NCBI GenBank assembly: GCA_963728915.1
Contig: CAVSLV010000001.1
Coordinates: 1,568,001-1,632,000, forward strand
Direction: 5' to 3'
Origin: an uncultured Gemmatimonadales bacterium
GTDB lineage: Bacteria > Gemmatimonadota > Gemmatimonadetes > Gemmatimonadales > GWC2-71-9
Length of the DNA stretch: 64,000 nt
The notes beneath the pieces were generated by a model. The model did no database searches, was not told the DNA's origin, and worked only from the letters and a program-made list of their open reading frames with translations. Positions 1-8,646 of the stretch are shown piece by piece (the stretch's first letter is position 1; every line of letters starts with the position of its first letter). A program made the translations under genes and the position numbers.

Positions 1-347
1 GCCGCTCACTCCGCGAGATCGCGGCGGAGACTCGCGACCTGGCCAGCCGGGCCCGGGAGCGGAAGCTCACCCCGGAGGAGTACACCGGCAGTACCTTTTC
101 GGTCTCCAATCTCGGCATGTTCGACATCGAGCATTTCACCGCGGTGATCAATCCCCCGGAGGCGGGGATCCTCGCGGTGGGCAGCATCGCGCCGGTTCCC
201 GCGGTGGTCGACGGGGAGGTGACGGTGCGGCGCCGGATGCGGATGACCCTGTCGTGCGATCATCGGGTGATCGACGGCGCGACCGGCGCCCGGTTCCTGC
301 AGAGTCTCAAGCTGATGCTGGAGAATCCCCTGGCGCTGGTGTGGTAG
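1..347 (+). CDS. pdhC: Dihydrolipoamide acyltransferase (E2) C-terminal catalytic domain, 5'-truncated by the window edge
   Basis: Frame open from base 3: RSLREIAAETRDLASRARERKLTPEEYTGSTFSVSNLGMF...LSCDHRVIDG (catalytic DHRxxDG). Directly upstream of lpdA. Confidence 0.85.
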   Translation, partial: RSLREIAAETRDLASRARERKLTPEEYTGSTFSVSNLGMFDIEHFTAVINPPEAGILAVGSIAPVPAVVDGEVTVRRRMRMTLSCDHRVIDGATGARFLQSLKLMLENPLALVW

Positions 348-386
348 GATGGGAGGATTGGAGACCTTTAACCCGCAGAGGCAGTC

Positions 387-1781
387 GTGGCTCAATTCGA
401 TATCATCGTGATCGGAGGCGGTCCCGCGGGCTATGTGTGCGCGATCCGCGCCGCCCAGCTCGGCCTCGCGACCGCGGTGGTCGAGAAGGAGAAGCTCGGA
501 GGGGTCTGCGTCAACATCGGGTGCATCCCCACCAAGGCGCTGCTCCATAGCGCCTACGCGCTGCACCTGATCCAGCACGACGCCAAGGCCCTGGGGATCG
601 AGGTCGGCCAGGTCAAGGCGGACTACGGCGTCGCGATGAAGCGGTCCCGCCAGGTGTCCGACCAGAACTCACGCGGGGTCGAGTTCCTGATGAAGAAGCA
701 CAAGATCACGGTGCTCAAGGGGACCGGCGTGCTCCTGCCCGGGAAGAAGGTGAAGGTCGGAACCGAGGTGCACGAGGCGAAGAAGGCCGTGGTCCTCGCC
801 ACCGGCTCGCGGGTCAAGGGCATCCCCGCGATCGGGCTCGAGATCAACAAGACCAGTGTCATCAGCTCGGACGAAGCGCTCTTCCTGGAGAAGGTCCCGG
901 GCTCGCTCGCCATCGTGGGCGCGGGCGCGGTGGGCAGCGAGTTCGCGGACATCTTTTCGGCGTTCGGCACCAAGGTGACCCTGATCGAGGCGCTGCCCCG
1001 GATCCTTCCGCTCGAGGACGCCGAATCCTCGGACACCATCACCAAGACGTTCAAGAAGCGGGGGATCACGGTCCTGGCCGGCGCCAAGGTCAAGCAGGCG
1101 TCCGTCACCGATCAGCAGGTCGTGCTCGAGGTCGAGGCGGATGGGAAGACCGAGGCGATCACCGTCGACAAGGTGCTGATGGCGGCGGGACGGGCGGTGA
1201 ATACCGAAGGCATGGGCTTTGAGGAGAGCGGGGTCAAGCTCACCGATCGCGGTTTCGTGCAGGTGAACCTGTCCACCCTCGAGACCACCGCGACGGGGGT
1301 GTACTGTATCGGCGACGTGGCGGGGCCGCCGATGCTGGCCCACAAGGGCAGCCGGGAGGGGGTGGTCGTCGCCGAGCTGGTCGCCGGACACAAGCCCCAT
1401 CCCATCCGGTACGACAACGTGCCCAGCGTCACCTACTGCCACCCCGAAGTCGCAAGCATCGGGCTCACCGAAGAGCAGGCCAAGGAGAAGAAGCTCGAGT
1501 TTCAGGTCGGGCGGTTCCCGCTCAGCGCCAATGGCCGGGCCAGGGCCTCCCTGGAGACCGACGGGTTCGTCAAGATCCTTCGGGAGAAGAAGTACGGCGA
1601 GATCCTCGGTGCCCACATCGTCGCCAGCCATGCCTCGGAGATGATCCACGAGCTGGTGGTGGCCCGGGAGAACGAGTACACCGTGGAAGAGGTCGACCTC
1701 GCCATTCACGCTCACCCGACGCTGTCCGAGGCGATCGCGGAAGCCTGCCTCGATTCCATGGGGCGGGCCCTCAACATCTAG
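387..1781 (+). CDS. lpdA: Dihydrolipoyl dehydrogenase (E3)
   Basis: GGGPAG FAD motif, GGVCVNIGCIPTK redox disulfide, GAGAVG NAD motif, HAHPTLSE C-terminus. Confidence 0.97.
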   Translation: MAQFDIIVIGGGPAGYVCAIRAAQLGLATAVVEKEKLGGVCVNIGCIPTKALLHSAYALHLIQHDAKALGIEVGQVKADYGVAMKRSRQVSDQNSRGVEFLMKKHKITVLKGTGVLLPGKKVKVGTEVHEAKKAVVLATGSRVKGIPAIGLEINKTSVISSDEALFLEKVPGSLAIVGAGAVGSEFADIFSAFGTKVTLIEALPRILPLEDAESSDTITKTFKKRGITVLAGAKVKQASVTDQQVVLEVEADGKTEAITVDKVLMAAGRAVNTEGMGFEESGVKLTDRGFVQVNLSTLETTATGVYCIGDVAGPPMLAHKGSREGVVVAELVAGHKPHPIRYDNVPSVTYCHPEVASIGLTEEQAKEKKLEFQVGRFPLSANGRARASLETDGFVKILREKKYGEILGAHIVASHASEMIHELVVARENEYTVEEVDLAIHAHPTLSEAIAEACLDSMGRALNI

Positions 1782-1785
1782 TCTC

Positions 1786-2214
1786 GTGGACCATGAGGAG
1801 GGTCCGCCCGGCCTGGTCGGGCTGGTTCTCGGCGGGCTCGGCTTCGGAGTCCTTCTCGGTGTCGCGCTCCAGGCGCTGGTAACCTGGATCGTCCGCGGTC
1901 TCCAGGCCGGGACGGCCGCCTCGACCCAGCCGCCCAGTCTCTCCTCCGCTCCCGCGCTGGTCCTGCTGCTGGGAACCCTGGCCGGCATCCTCGCCGCGGG
2001 AATCGCCACCTGGACCTGGGTCTCCCCGATCCGGAACCCGTGGCGCCAGGCGATGCTGGCGATGATTGCCGGGTTAGGCTCCTTCGTGGTTTCCCTCCTC
2101 ACCATTCCCGTGGATCGCCGGTTCGGGCGGCCCGGCCTGCTCGGGCTCGCGCTCGGGGCGGTGGGCCTCGCGGTGCTGATCGGGCGGCGCCGGATTTCGG
2201 CCCGGCGGCCATGA
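1786..2214 (+). CDS. Hypothetical membrane protein (about 4 hydrophobic segments)
   Basis: 142-aa hydrophobic ORF filling the lpdA-lipB gap; stop overlaps the lipB start (ATGA). Confidence 0.7.
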   Translation: MDHEEGPPGLVGLVLGGLGFGVLLGVALQALVTWIVRGLQAGTAASTQPPSLSSAPALVLLLGTLAGILAAGIATWTWVSPIRNPWRQAMLAMIAGLGSFVVSLLTIPVDRRFGRPGLLGLALGAVGLAVLIGRRRISARRP

Positions 2215-2867
2215 CTCCGATCCTGGTCACCGACCTGGGCCGCCGCCCCTACGGCGAGGTCCTCGAGCTCCAGCGGTCGCTGTGCCGGCGCCGCGCGGCG
2301 GGCGAATCGGCGAGCGACCAGCTCCTCCTGGTCGAGCACGAACCGGTCGTCACGCTGGGACGCAGTACCCGACCGACCAGCATGCCGGTTCCACCCGAGC
2401 TGCTGGAAGCGCGAGGCCTCGAGCTCTTCGCGGTGGAACGCGGCGGTGATGTGACCCTCCACGCGCCGGGCCAGATGGTGGGGTACCCGATTCTCGATCT
2501 CTCGGGCTGGCGGCACGACCTCCATTGGTACCTGCGCCAACTGGAGGAGGTGCTGATCCGGGGACTCGATTCGCTCGGGATCCCCGCCGAGCGAAATCCG
2601 GGGAAGACCGGCGTCTGGACGTCGGGACGGAAGATCGCGAGCATCGGGATCCACGTGAAGCAGTGGGTCACCATGCACGGGTTCGCCCTCAACGTGACGA
2701 CCGATCTCTCCTGGTTCGACCTGATCGTCCCGTGCGGCCTCCCCGACGTGACGATGACCAGCGTGGCGGAAGAACAGCCCGGGCTGGCCGATCCGTGGAG
2801 GGTTACCCGGGGAGCGGTGCTGGCGGCGTTCGGCGAAGTCTTTCAGCGCGAGATGGTCGGATCCTGA
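2211..2867 (+). CDS. lipB: Lipoyl(octanoyl) transferase
   Basis: LLLVEHEPVVTLG, RGGDVTLHAPGQ, RKIASIG, HGFALNV, IVPCG. Start set at ATG 2211. Confidence 0.95.
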   Translation: MTPILVTDLGRRPYGEVLELQRSLCRRRAAGESASDQLLLVEHEPVVTLGRSTRPTSMPVPPELLEARGLELFAVERGGDVTLHAPGQMVGYPILDLSGWRHDLHWYLRQLEEVLIRGLDSLGIPAERNPGKTGVWTSGRKIASIGIHVKQWVTMHGFALNVTTDLSWFDLIVPCGLPDVTMTSVAEEQPGLADPWRVTRGAVLAAFGEVFQREMVGS

Positions 2868-2907
2868 TCTCTCCCGCCGGCCCCGTTTCCCCTTATTATG
2901 CGTTGTT

Positions 2908-3447
2908 ATGTCGGAGCTGGACGAGGAAAAGGTCAGCGCGCTCGCGGATGCCCTGGTGGCCGACATTCTGCGCGCCGCTGCGAGCTGGGCCCGGGATGTC
3001 CCTCCGGCGCTCACGCCGGCGATCCGCGCCGTCAGCCTACGGCTCGCCGAGATGATCGCCGACCAGCGGCACTACCTCGCCCCCCTGCCGGAGCCCCAGG
3101 AATCCGAGCGCACCCAGGTGCTCAATCTGGTGGCGGAACGGCTCCGCAGTCCGTCGGTGAGCCAGGGCATCGCCCCGCTCCTGGCGGAGTTGAGCGACCA
3201 GGAGCTCCGCTCGACCGGGTCCTGGGCGACCTCGGCGAGCGCCCAGAGCGAATGGATCGCCACCGCGATCACTTTCCTGGAAGGGAAGAGTCGAGCGCTT
3301 CCGGCGGACCAGCGACCGGATCCCTACTGGGGGGATGATGTGGTCGCGGGGATCGTCGCTTCGGTGCGGGCGGTCATCGGAATCGACGAGCTCCATGCCC
3401 GTACCGAAGCGCGATACTCCGGGGGTCACAAGCAACCCGAGGAGTGA
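2908..3447 (+). CDS. Hypothetical protein
   Basis: 179-aa helical-looking ORF filling the gap; TATTAT box 8 nt upstream of ATG. Confidence 0.65.
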   Translation: MSELDEEKVSALADALVADILRAAASWARDVPPALTPAIRAVSLRLAEMIADQRHYLAPLPEPQESERTQVLNLVAERLRSPSVSQGIAPLLAELSDQELRSTGSWATSASAQSEWIATAITFLEGKSRALPADQRPDPYWGDDVVAGIVASVRAVIGIDELHARTEARYSGGHKQPEE

Positions 3448-3453
3448 CTTCCC

Positions 3454-4797
3454 TCAGCGTCGCTCGGCGAGTTTCCGGAAAAAGGTTCCGAACACCTGGA
3501 TCCCGTCGATCACCTGCTGCACATTCACCTTCTCGTTGGGGGAGTGCAGCCCGTCATCGGGGAGCCCGATCCCGGTGAGCAGCACGGGCGCTCCGCCCCG
3601 CTGAAGCGCCGGCACCACCGGGATCGAACCACCGGCCCGGACCGGAACGGTGCCCCGCCCCACGACCGATTCGAACGCTTCATCGAGGAGCTTGAAGGCG
3701 GGGTCGCTCACGTTGCAGAGCACCGGATCCCCCCCGTGGAGCAGCTTGACCTCGACCGTTGCATAACCCGGGGCCAGCTTCTTGACCGCCCGGGTGAGCC
3801 ACTTGCCCACCCGTTCGTAGGGTTGTCCCGGCACCAGCCTGAGACTGACCTTGGCGACCGCCTGGGCGGGGATGACGGTCTTGGCCCCTTCCCCGGTGAA
3901 TCCTCCCCGAATGCCGTGGATCTCGAAGGTGGGAAGGGCCCAGGTCCGCTCCAGCACCGAGAATCCCTTGAGACCGGTCAGCGCCTTGGCCGTCACCTCC
4001 TCGCGCATGAAACGCTGCTTCTTGAACGGCAGCCGCTTCCACGCCTTCCGCTCCGTCTTGGTGGGCGGAATCACCGCCTTGTAGAGTCGGGGGATGTTGA
4101 TCCGGCCGGCGCGGGTCTTGAGGTCACACAGCAGCCGGACCATGGTTTCCATCGCGTTCGGCGCGACGCCCCCATAGGTGCCGGAATGGAGGTCCCGCTC
4201 CAGGGTGCGGAGGTGAATCTCGGCATAACAGATGCCCCGGAGCCCGGTGTAGACCGCCGGCATGCCCGGGGCGTAGTACCCCATGTCCGCCACGACGACC
4301 GCGTCGACCGCGGTCCGGTCGGGCTCGTCCTTGAGGAGGTCGAAGATCACCTGACCTCCGCATTCCTCTTCGCCCTCGATGATGAAATGCACGTTGAGCG
4401 GAGGCTTCCCGGAGGCGTCGAGCACCGACGCATACGCCTTGAGCAGGGTAAACACCTGCCCCTTGTCATCCACCGCGCCGCGAGCATACAGCTTGCCATC
4501 CCGCACCGTGGGCTCGAACGGCGGGGACACCCACTCATCGACCGGATCCACCGGCTGCACATCGTAGTGGCCGTAACACAGCACGGTGGGCTTGCCCTCG
4601 ACCCGGGGACTCTCCGCCCACACCACAGGATGCCCCTTGCCTTCCAGCAGCTGGACCACCGGACAGCCCAGCGCCTTGAAGCGATCGACCAGCCAGTTCG
4701 CCGCCCGACGGCAATCTTCCGCGTGATCGGGCAGGGTGCTGATGCTGGGGATGCGGAGGAAGTCCGACAGCTCTTCGATCAGGGAGTCTTGATCCAT
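3454..4797 (-). CDS. M20-family metallo-dipeptidase
   Basis: GHYDVQP, ARGAVDDKG, EGEEE, DLHSG, HSPNE. Start set at ATG 4797 (MDQDSL). Confidence 0.92.
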   Translation of the reverse strand: MDQDSLIEELSDFLRIPSISTLPDHAEDCRRAANWLVDRFKALGCPVVQLLEGKGHPVVWAESPRVEGKPTVLCYGHYDVQPVDPVDEWVSPPFEPTVRDGKLYARGAVDDKGQVFTLLKAYASVLDASGKPPLNVHFIIEGEEECGGQVIFDLLKDEPDRTAVDAVVVADMGYYAPGMPAVYTGLRGICYAEIHLRTLERDLHSGTYGGVAPNAMETMVRLLCDLKTRAGRINIPRLYKAVIPPTKTERKAWKRLPFKKQRFMREEVTAKALTGLKGFSVLERTWALPTFEIHGIRGGFTGEGAKTVIPAQAVAKVSLRLVPGQPYERVGKWLTRAVKKLAPGYATVEVKLLHGGDPVLCNVSDPAFKLLDEAFESVVGRGTVPVRAGGSIPVVPALQRGGAPVLLTGIGLPDDGLHSPNEKVNVQQVIDGIQVFGTFFRKLAERR

Positions 4798-4806
4798 GGC
4801 AGCAAC

Positions 4807-4839
4807 GAGTGGGAAGAGGGGAATAGGGAGTAGCGAATA
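4807..4839. repeat. Degenerate heptamer tandem repeat (GARTRGS-type)
   Basis: GAGTGGG AAGAGGG GAATAGG GAGTAGC GAATA; same family as 32525-32582. Confidence 0.6.
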
Positions 4840-4844
4840 TAGCC

Positions 4845-5924
4845 CTATCTGCCGGCCACGACCTGCTCCAGCCGGGCGAAGGCCGAGTCTCCGCTCGCGC
4901 CCTCCATGAGCTCGCGCATCGCGGCAACGCTCGCCTTCACGCTCCGGCCATGCATCTGGTACCACCGATCGAACCAATCGAGATGGGTCCGATAGATCCG
5001 GACCCCCACCAGCGCGGCGTTGTTGATCGGCCGCTCGGCAAGCCGGGTAATCCGGAAGGTCCGGAACCGGGCGCCGAACGGCCCTTCGAGCTGTTCTCTC
5101 GCCCATTGCGCGATGACGCGCCGGCCCGCCTCGAGTGAATCGCCGGACGGCTTGCCCGCATAAAAGGCCTCGAGCTTCCCGACCAGGTCCCGGTAGTACT
5201 CCGCCAGCACGATCTCGTCGTACCAGCGGTCCCTGGCGCGGTTGGCGAGGAGGGTATCCCCACGCTCCCGGAAGAATTCCTCGGCCGACCGATACCCCAC
5301 CAGCTGGGCGAAGCTCTCGTTGAAGGCGGTGGCACTCTTGAGGTACAGCGTGTTATGGGCGATCTCGTGGAAGACCGTCCCGGCGAGCTCCACCGAGTCG
5401 TGCGCCAGCGCGGTGGAGAGGAGCGGATCCTCGAACCACCCCAGAGTGGAGAACGCGGCCGCCGGGCGCAGATAGATGTCGTTCCCCCGATCCGCCAGCT
5501 GCTTGGCCGCCCGCTCCGCCATACCGACGTCGAAGAATCCCTTGTACGGCACCCGACCCACGATGGGGTACTTCCAGGTGACCGGACAGATACAGTCCTT
5601 GCGGGATCCCGAGAGCACCAGCAGCAGCGTGTCCCGGCCCACGTCGGTGTAGCGGGTGTAGGTCCTGCCCGCCTCGAGACCCAGGTCCTCGGCGTGCTGC
5701 CGGACGTCCAGCACCAGGCGCAGGAGGTCCCGGGTGTCGGCGTCGGTCTTCGGGTCGGCGATGATGCGCTCGATCGGGCGGGCGTGCTCGAGAATGCCGA
5801 TCTCCTCGAACCCGGCGCGGCTCAGGTACCGGACGTCGGCGCTCCCGAGGTAGGCCGCTCCGTACCCCAGGATCAGCGCACCCACCGCGATCAAAAACCC
5901 CATGAAAAACCTTCGCCGCGTCAC
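4845..5924 (-). CDS. Predicted zinc aminopeptidase, N-terminally anchored
   Basis: W-x-YPIVGRVPYKGFF, AFSTLGWFEDP, HEIAH zinc motif, FNESFA; N-terminal hydrophobic anchor. Confidence 0.85.
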   Translation of the reverse strand: MTRRRFFMGFLIAVGALILGYGAAYLGSADVRYLSRAGFEEIGILEHARPIERIIADPKTDADTRDLLRLVLDVRQHAEDLGLEAGRTYTRYTDVGRDTLLLVLSGSRKDCICPVTWKYPIVGRVPYKGFFDVGMAERAAKQLADRGNDIYLRPAAAFSTLGWFEDPLLSTALAHDSVELAGTVFHEIAHNTLYLKSATAFNESFAQLVGYRSAEEFFRERGDTLLANRARDRWYDEIVLAEYYRDLVGKLEAFYAGKPSGDSLEAGRRVIAQWAREQLEGPFGARFRTFRITRLAERPINNAALVGVRIYRTHLDWFDRWYQMHGRSVKASVAAMRELMEGASGDSAFARLEQVVAGR

Positions 5925-6787
5925 GGCGTCCAGCGGACGCCGAAGAGGTGGACGTTCTGACCCAGGGCGCTGTGGTGCTGGAACGCGTAGTCTGCCCGGG
6001 CCCGGCCCAGCACCAGACTCCCACCGAAGGTGGTTCGGGAGAGGAGACCGCCCGCCAGGCCGGGCTGCGGCCCGGTCCCCGCGCGAGCCACGATGCCGAT
6101 ACCGGAGATCACGCCGCCCGCCTCGAGCCCGACCATGGTGCGGCCGTGCTCCCCCGAGGACCAGGCGGTCTCCACCGTCGCGAGCAGACGCCCATTGGAA
6201 TAGGTGTCGAGGAGGTTGAGACTCGCGCCGAGATGAAAGGAGGCCGGGAGCTCGAGCCCGTCACCCGAGATCGAGACCTGGCCGACATTCTGGAGACTGG
6301 CCGCGATGGCGGCGATGTCGAAGAAGGCGACCTGGAGCGCGAGGTCGGTGGTCAGGGAACGGGCGATCGGGCCGTCGCGCTGCTCCACCGAGACATACTT
6401 GCCGGTCATGCCGAAGGCGATGCCGCCCCGCCGGATCACCGCGCCGGCCACCGCGGAGAGGTTGTCGAACGTGGCCGAGTCGGCGGAAAACCTCAGGTAG
6501 CGATAGCCGCCGCCCAGGCTCAAGGTGCCGACCCGGGTCGCCGCGGCGGCCATCGCGTAGGTGGAATGATCGGGCCGCCGGGAGAACCCCGCCTCGAGGC
6601 TGAGCACCCGGATCGGAGCGATCCCGGCGGGATTCACGAACACCGCGCCCGCATAACCCGGCAACCCGACGCCGGCGCCGGCCAGTCCCGCCGCCTGAAC
6701 GCTGGAGGGAAAGCCCAGGATGACCGGCACCGGCTTCTCCTGCGCTCGCGCGGGCAGGGCGGCGAGGACAGTGAGGAGTGGACTCAC
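5921..6787 (-). CDS. Secreted outer-membrane beta-barrel protein (PorV/FadL-like)
   Basis: Signal peptide ending ARA-Q, GLAGAG...AVFVNPAGI N-terminal pattern, amphipathic strands, terminal aromatic. Start GTG 6787 (or 6823). Confidence 0.65.
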   Translation of the reverse strand: MSPLLTVLAALPARAQEKPVPVILGFPSSVQAAGLAGAGVGLPGYAGAVFVNPAGIAPIRVLSLEAGFSRRPDHSTYAMAAAATRVGTLSLGGGYRYLRFSADSATFDNLSAVAGAVIRRGGIAFGMTGKYVSVEQRDGPIARSLTTDLALQVAFFDIAAIAASLQNVGQVSISGDGLELPASFHLGASLNLLDTYSNGRLLATVETAWSSGEHGRTMVGLEAGGVISGIGIVARAGTGPQPGLAGGLLSRTTFGGSLVLGRARADYAFQHHSALGQNVHLFGVRWTP

Positions 6788-6823
6788 TGACCTCACTGAC
6801 CTCACCGTCCCCCCCGACCTCAC
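6783..6823. repeat. Nonamer repeat (GACCTCACT/C)
   Basis: CTCACTGACCTCACTGACCTCACC...GACCTCACC; related units at 24987-25026 and 33056-33146. Confidence 0.7.
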
Positions 6824-8577
6824 CGAATTCGCACCAGGCCGAAACGCGCCTGCAGCTGGGGATCCAGCGCAGCTCCCCCGGTGTTTGCGACGACCCGGAT
6901 GTCGAGGCCGCTGGCGTTGGCCGGCTGGGAGAGGAGGAAGTAGTACCCCGAGCCGGCGCGCAGGGTGTCGCTCTTGGTCGTGACGCCGGTGACCGCGCTG
7001 ATCGGGATCGGCGCCAGGGGAAAGCCGGCGGGGAAGATCTGCGCATTGGCCGGATTGGTCCAGACATCCCGGAATCCCCAGCTCTTGTAGCGCAGCCGCC
7101 CGGTGGACTCCTCCGGGAGGTCGGGACCATCATCGAGGTAGATCGCCATCAGCCACTCGGGAACCATGGTCGCGAAAATCCCGCCCGATGCCGACTGGAC
7201 ATTCGCGAAGCCGGTGTTGGACGTGTTATCCAGCGCGCGGGTCAGGTCGATTCCCACGATGGTATCGGCGGCGAACTGGTCGAGTAGCCAGCGAAGGAAC
7301 ATCCAGGCCGCCCCACGCTCCTCCAGGGTCCCCGGGGTGTTGTTCGGAAAGACCATGTAGTGCGCGCCGGGGTCCTTCAGGAAGTCGTAGCCGTTGAGGA
7401 GGTCGCCGCTGGCGTATTGGGAGCGGCAGGACGGAAACCCCGCGGCGACGCACTCCACGTTGGGCACCAGGCGACCGCCCAGCTCTTCCGCGAAGTGGGA
7501 GAGCGATTCGTTCAGCCACACGTCCTCGGTCAATCCGGTGCGAACCAGCGAGTGCTGGTTGAAGCTGATCATGTGCTGGAATTCGTGGATCAGGGTCGGC
7601 TTCAGGTTGTTGAGCGCCGACCGGCGGCTCACCGCGGTACAGGAGCCGGTCGCGGGAGACGGCACCAGGGTGTAGAAGATTTCGGCCCGGTTCGAGTTGG
7701 CACCGGTGAGAAGGTCGCCGCCGTAAAAGAACCCGACCACCCGGCCGTCCTTGCAGTCGGGGGTGAGATCGTTCACCGCCTTGGTCATCAGAATCAGGAC
7801 CACACCGTTTCCGTCGATGTCCGATTCGCGCCCGAAGCTCGTCGTGTCGATCGGATAGTGAAATCGATCGAAGGCCGAACCGAGCTCAGCGAGGTCGGCA
7901 TCGGTCAGGGGATCCGCGGTCGGCGCGTTGTTGTCCAGGTAGATTGCCACATTGGTGCCGAGGTATCGCGCCGTCGCGGTGACCGAGGTAAACGAGGTGC
8001 ACTGGAGACTGGCGCAGGCCTTGAAGGTGCGGACGTCCCCGAGCGGCGGCGCCAGCCCGGGAGCGAGCGACGGAGCACGAAGCACCGGGCGCTGATAGCG
8101 CGGGTCGTTGAGGAGCTCGCCTTCCCGGTACCGCAAGGTCGCATCGAACTCGATCGCGGCCGGGCTCCGTCTCCAGGGCAAGAGCCCGAGGGATTCCCCC
8201 GCGCTGGGAGCGCGCTGAATGGACGGCGCCAGGACCGGCTCGACCGAGGGGTTCGCGACGGTCGGTCTTCCCGCCTGGAAGACGAATGGGCCGAGATTCC
8301 CGTTGCTGCTGCGACTGCCATTGGTCGAGGCCAGGACCATGAGGTACTGCTCGGCAGTCGTGCCCGCCGCGGGCAACCGGAGACAGCCGGACGTCGTTGC
8401 CGGGTTGATGACCACGTGCTCGCCAACCGACAGCGTGGTCACAGCCTGGTTGGCGCAGGATTCCGAAGGGGTTCCCAGCTCGGCATTGGGCCCGGTGCTT
8501 CCGCACCCCGCGAGCACGCCGCTCAGAAGGAGCCCTGAAACCAGCCCAAAAACACCCTTCACCGGAGACCGTGGCAT
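6820..8577 (-). CDS. Lipoprotein zinc metallopeptidase (M30/hyicolysin-like)
   Basis: Lipobox LAGC, ESDIDGNG, TLIHEFQHMI (HExxH), WLNESLSHFAE third ligand. Start set at ATG 8577. Confidence 0.75.
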   Translation of the reverse strand: MPRSPVKGVFGLVSGLLLSGVLAGCGSTGPNAELGTPSESCANQAVTTLSVGEHVVINPATTSGCLRLPAAGTTAEQYLMVLASTNGSRSSNGNLGPFVFQAGRPTVANPSVEPVLAPSIQRAPSAGESLGLLPWRRSPAAIEFDATLRYREGELLNDPRYQRPVLRAPSLAPGLAPPLGDVRTFKACASLQCTSFTSVTATARYLGTNVAIYLDNNAPTADPLTDADLAELGSAFDRFHYPIDTTSFGRESDIDGNGVVLILMTKAVNDLTPDCKDGRVVGFFYGGDLLTGANSNRAEIFYTLVPSPATGSCTAVSRRSALNNLKPTLIHEFQHMISFNQHSLVRTGLTEDVWLNESLSHFAEELGGRLVPNVECVAAGFPSCRSQYASGDLLNGYDFLKDPGAHYMVFPNNTPGTLEERGAAWMFLRWLLDQFAADTIVGIDLTRALDNTSNTGFANVQSASGGIFATMVPEWLMAIYLDDGPDLPEESTGRLRYKSWGFRDVWTNPANAQIFPAGFPLAPIPISAVTGVTTKSDTLRAGSGYYFLLSQPANASGLDIRVVANTGGAALDPQLQARFGLVRIR

Positions 8578-8584
8578 CGGGTGT

Positions 8585-8636
8585 AAGTTAAGATATAGCA
8601 ACGAGTTTTGACAATCTCTGCCGGCACCGATAGCTT
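8585..8636. promoter_or_regulatory. Overlapping divergent sigma70 promoters (dnaE and peptidase operon)
   Basis: Plus: TTGACA(8608)-17-TAGCTT(8631). Minus: TTGTCA-18-TAACTT, 7 nt before ATG 8577. Confidence 0.6.
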
Positions 8637-8646
8637 GCCTCCCGCC

